DNA of 54,576 bases, the filler included, from Sluysia triapertura (lineage: Eukaryota): the NCBI GenBank assembly GCA_046118255.1. It is 4 parts of 4 records of this genome, joined end to end, with 100 filler letters (N's around TTAATTAATTAA, not from the genome) between each part and the next. Parts side by side here need not be neighbours in the genome. Positions count along the whole stretch, not along the records: positions 38,224 to 54,576 come from JBJNIA010206036.1; 3 more parts are not named here. One strand, 5' to 3'. How positions within the stretch are numbered: the first letter of the stretch is position 1; each line of letters starts with the position of its first letter. This document shows, in pieces, positions 51,815 to 54,576 of the stretch. Made by a program: the position numbers and the translations under genes. Below the pieces are notes generated by a model. It did no database searches and was not told where the DNA came from. It saw nothing but the letters and a program-made list of their open reading frames with translations.

Positions 51815-53475
51815 TTTTACGAAGTTTAACATATTCTTAATCACAATGTTTATATTAGTCATTAATCATATTGTTTATTTTTTACATTATTATTTTTATT
51901 ATTATTGTTATTATCGTTATTACATGTTTTGTCACCACAATATATTAGAAAAATATACAATATACTATTGTTTTATTTTGTTTTAGCTAACCTTAATATT
52001 AAAAAGAATTAAATTATCATAGTAATAATTTTATTACATTTGCTAGAATATTTATCAGTGATTATATTGAATAAGTGTTGAATACCTTTGGGAAGTAACG
52101 AAGTATGTGAAATTTCGAAGTAGAACAAGATGTTGAATAGTATAAATGGAAAATGTGTAGAGATTATGGTATGTCTAAGACTGGAACTGATATTTCGAAT
52201 AGCGATTTGAATGTCACAGTGGATACCAAAATATAATACTTTACTAAAGTTGAATTTAATACTTAATTTTATCGCAAAGAAAATTATTAACAATACTAAA
52301 TAGTGCCAGTCTGAAACTTCATGAATGTCTTATAAAATATCAAGTAACTTTAAAACCTTAATAATACCTTTAAACATAAAGGTAAAGTCTAAAATATATT
52401 AATTAATTAAAATCTTAATTAACTAAATTAAGGAAAAATACGTTTCTAAAAATAAGTTTTGCATACGGAATGCCATCTGAAAGTTCTAACTGGCTATGTT
52501 TCTGTTTTAAAAAGAGGTTATCAATATTATCTTACTTATTTATATATTAAAAACATTTTAATTAAGTAATAAGTAATAATTAAGTAATCTGTTATTAAGT
52601 AATATTTGTTACAAACATTTTATAATTATTCAAAAGATTACTATTTCTAAATTAATTTGTAAATTATTTTGTAATAATAAAAATGATTTAATTTAAAAAA
52701 ATAATAATGTTAGTCTAAAAATGGAATTTGTAATTGATATGTTAATTTATTTATTTGTAATTTATTTAATTAATCAATAATATGTTAGTATTAAAATCTA
52801 AAAATAGAATTTGTTTAAACTAAAGGTCTAAAAATAGAATGTGTAATGTGTTTGTTTAATCAATAATAGTCATATTCGTTTTATGCTAAATTTACATAAT
52901 TTTATGTTTAAATTGTTTAGTGTTATTATTATTATTGTTATTGTTATGCTAAATTTAATAATTTTGTTATTGTAAAATCTTAATTATAAAAGTTTAATTG
53001 TTATTATGAAATTCAAGAATAAATTTTAATTGTTTTAATTCTAAAATTTTGTTGTGAAGGTCATCCTTTTCACAACACAAAAACGATATTTTAACGATTC
53101 ATATTTTAACAACAATTTCATTGCGAATATATAACATTAAAAATTGGATATCTTTTATAACTGAAAGTTTATTGAAATATCAGCCTGGATTCTCTGCTTC
53201 AGCATTTTGTTTTCGATTTCGGAAAATTTTGTTAATCATTAGTTTATTGTTATAAGTATTGCCTATTTTATAGAGCGTTAATTTAACGTAAAATTAATAA
53301 ATTTCATTTTTATCGCCCCTTATAATTTGGGTGACGTAAAACATAACTAAAATATTCAAAATTGATTATATAATAATCTAACAAATTGCTTATTATTATT
53401 ATTGCAAATCCTTTGAAAATTTTATTATTTCTATTTAATAAATTTTTTAATATACATTTATTGTAAATATAATAT

Positions 53476-53822
53476 AAGGTACGCCGATTTTACTCGATTT
53501 TTTACAATTCAAGTTCATTGTTAAAGTGTTTAATAATAAGGTACCATTTTTTTAATACGGCCGTAAAATTATCAATTTTGTTACAATTTAATAAACATTA
53601 TAATACCAGCATTACCTAATAGTAAACATAATTGAAATATCATTTTATTGATTACCAATATTACTTGATATTAAACATATTCCGAAAAATACCACTTACC
53701 TTGTCAATTGCTAAAGAAAGAGGCCGCTTCTAATACCTCCAATTAAATTCTTCTTGATTGCTACTTACAACTTTGCCCTCAAGTGAGTAAGACTAAGACT
53801 GTAAGGAACTCACCACATAAAT
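53476..53822 (+). repeat. Dispersed ~350-bp repeat, copy B (solo-LTR-like)
   Basis: Start and end blocks are homologous to 36021-36380. Confidence 0.7.
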
Positions 53823-53935
53823 CAAATTTTTGCAATAATAATAACATTTGTATTAATTTAAAAATAATATGTTTTGTTTTTATCATCTTTATTGTTTATA
53901 TTTTTGTTGCCTAAATATCGCCTATGATTACCAAA

Positions 53936-54316
53936 TGAAAGGACTATAGTAGTTTGTGCTGTGTGCCACTCTGAGGAGGGCTGTAATTGCTTTGGGTTAG
54001 ATATAGTTTTATTTGTTTTTATATTATAATACAATGATTTAAGACATTTTAATACCTCAGGAGACTTTGTTATTTTTAGGTCACTATTTATTTTATGGTC
54101 GCTCATAGATATTTTGTAATACCAGGGCAGTTTACGAAAACAATAAAGTCTATGAAGACATTCGTGATTTATTTCATGAATTATATATACAAGATGAAAA
54201 CAAAAGGTTTTATGAATTACATTTATTATTAATTTTGAATTTAGAATATATAAAAATTGATCCATAGAAATTGCTCCCGTCTGCGTTTCCGTCTTCACAG
54301 GTCCGAGTCCGTTACA
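53936..54316 (-). mobile_element. Possible LTR (381 bp) followed by a PBS-like sequence
   Basis: The minus strand starts TGTAACGGACTCGG (locally GC-rich) and ends GTCCTTTCA, followed by TT-TGGTAATCATAGG. There is no second copy in the window to confirm it. Confidence 0.35.
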
Positions 54317-54459
54317 TAGTAGACTAAAGCTATAATAAATAAAATTAATATAAGTGTGATAACAATAATAGTTAGATATATAAATAAAATTAATTCTATT
54401 ACTTTTGGTTTGGTTATCAACATTCATATATATTAGACTAATTATGGTACTGCGAACTA

Positions 54460-54576
54460 ATCTGGAAACATTGGCTTCATCCAAAACAAACATTTGTATA
54501 TTGTTAGTTTTTAAATTACCTCTTTCAATCATATCATTAACTCTACCAGGGATTCCAACAATAACATAAACTCCAC
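54460..54576 (-). pseudogene. eIF4A: eIF4A-like DEAD-box helicase fragment with broken motifs Ib and II
   Basis: GVYVIVGIPGRVNDMIERGNLKTNNIQMFVLDEANVSR, versus eIF4A HIIVGTPGRVFDML.R..L....IKMFVLDEADEMLSRGF. GTPGR has become GIPGR and DEADEMLSR has become DEANVSR by microdeletions; homology stops before GFKDQI. Runs off the window edge. Confidence 0.82.

Noticed and set aside
52380-52850. Recurrent short motifs (TCTAAAAATxGAATTTGT x3; TAAGTAAT x4) as regulatory sites
   Set aside because: Low-complexity AT-rich motifs; they may be transposon subterminal repeats, but no boundaries could be defined.

Overview
Very AT-rich (roughly 20-25% GC by eye), gene-sparse, intron-containing eukaryotic DNA, most likely from an invertebrate animal. 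It consists of four segments joined by identical artificial 100-bp linkers (N44-TTAATTAATTAA-N44). Three host genes are supported: the last two coding exons of a DYRK2/3-class kinase (+), two internal exons of MON1 (+), and a complete two-exon divergent dynein light chain (-). The rest is mostly decayed mobile DNA: pogo/Tigger, Tc1, a piggyBac-type MITE, a Tc2-like end and several Ty3/gypsy remnants. There are also two tRNA-derived sequences (Ala-TGC, Val-TAC), AAT microsatellites and many broken host-gene fragments (unkempt, eIF4A, a signal peptide plus MANEC-like domain, three pieces of a Cys-rich repeat protein). The most interesting links are a tRNA-Ala-complementary PBS shared by two LTR ends, with a tRNA-Ala pseudogene at the far end of one element; an inverted duplication of gypsy protease sequence; a hairpin-bearing dispersed repeat; and a decayed Penelope-type hammerhead motif. 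No clearly new multi-gene system can be established from sequence alone. All homology calls come from recalled motifs, not from database searches.
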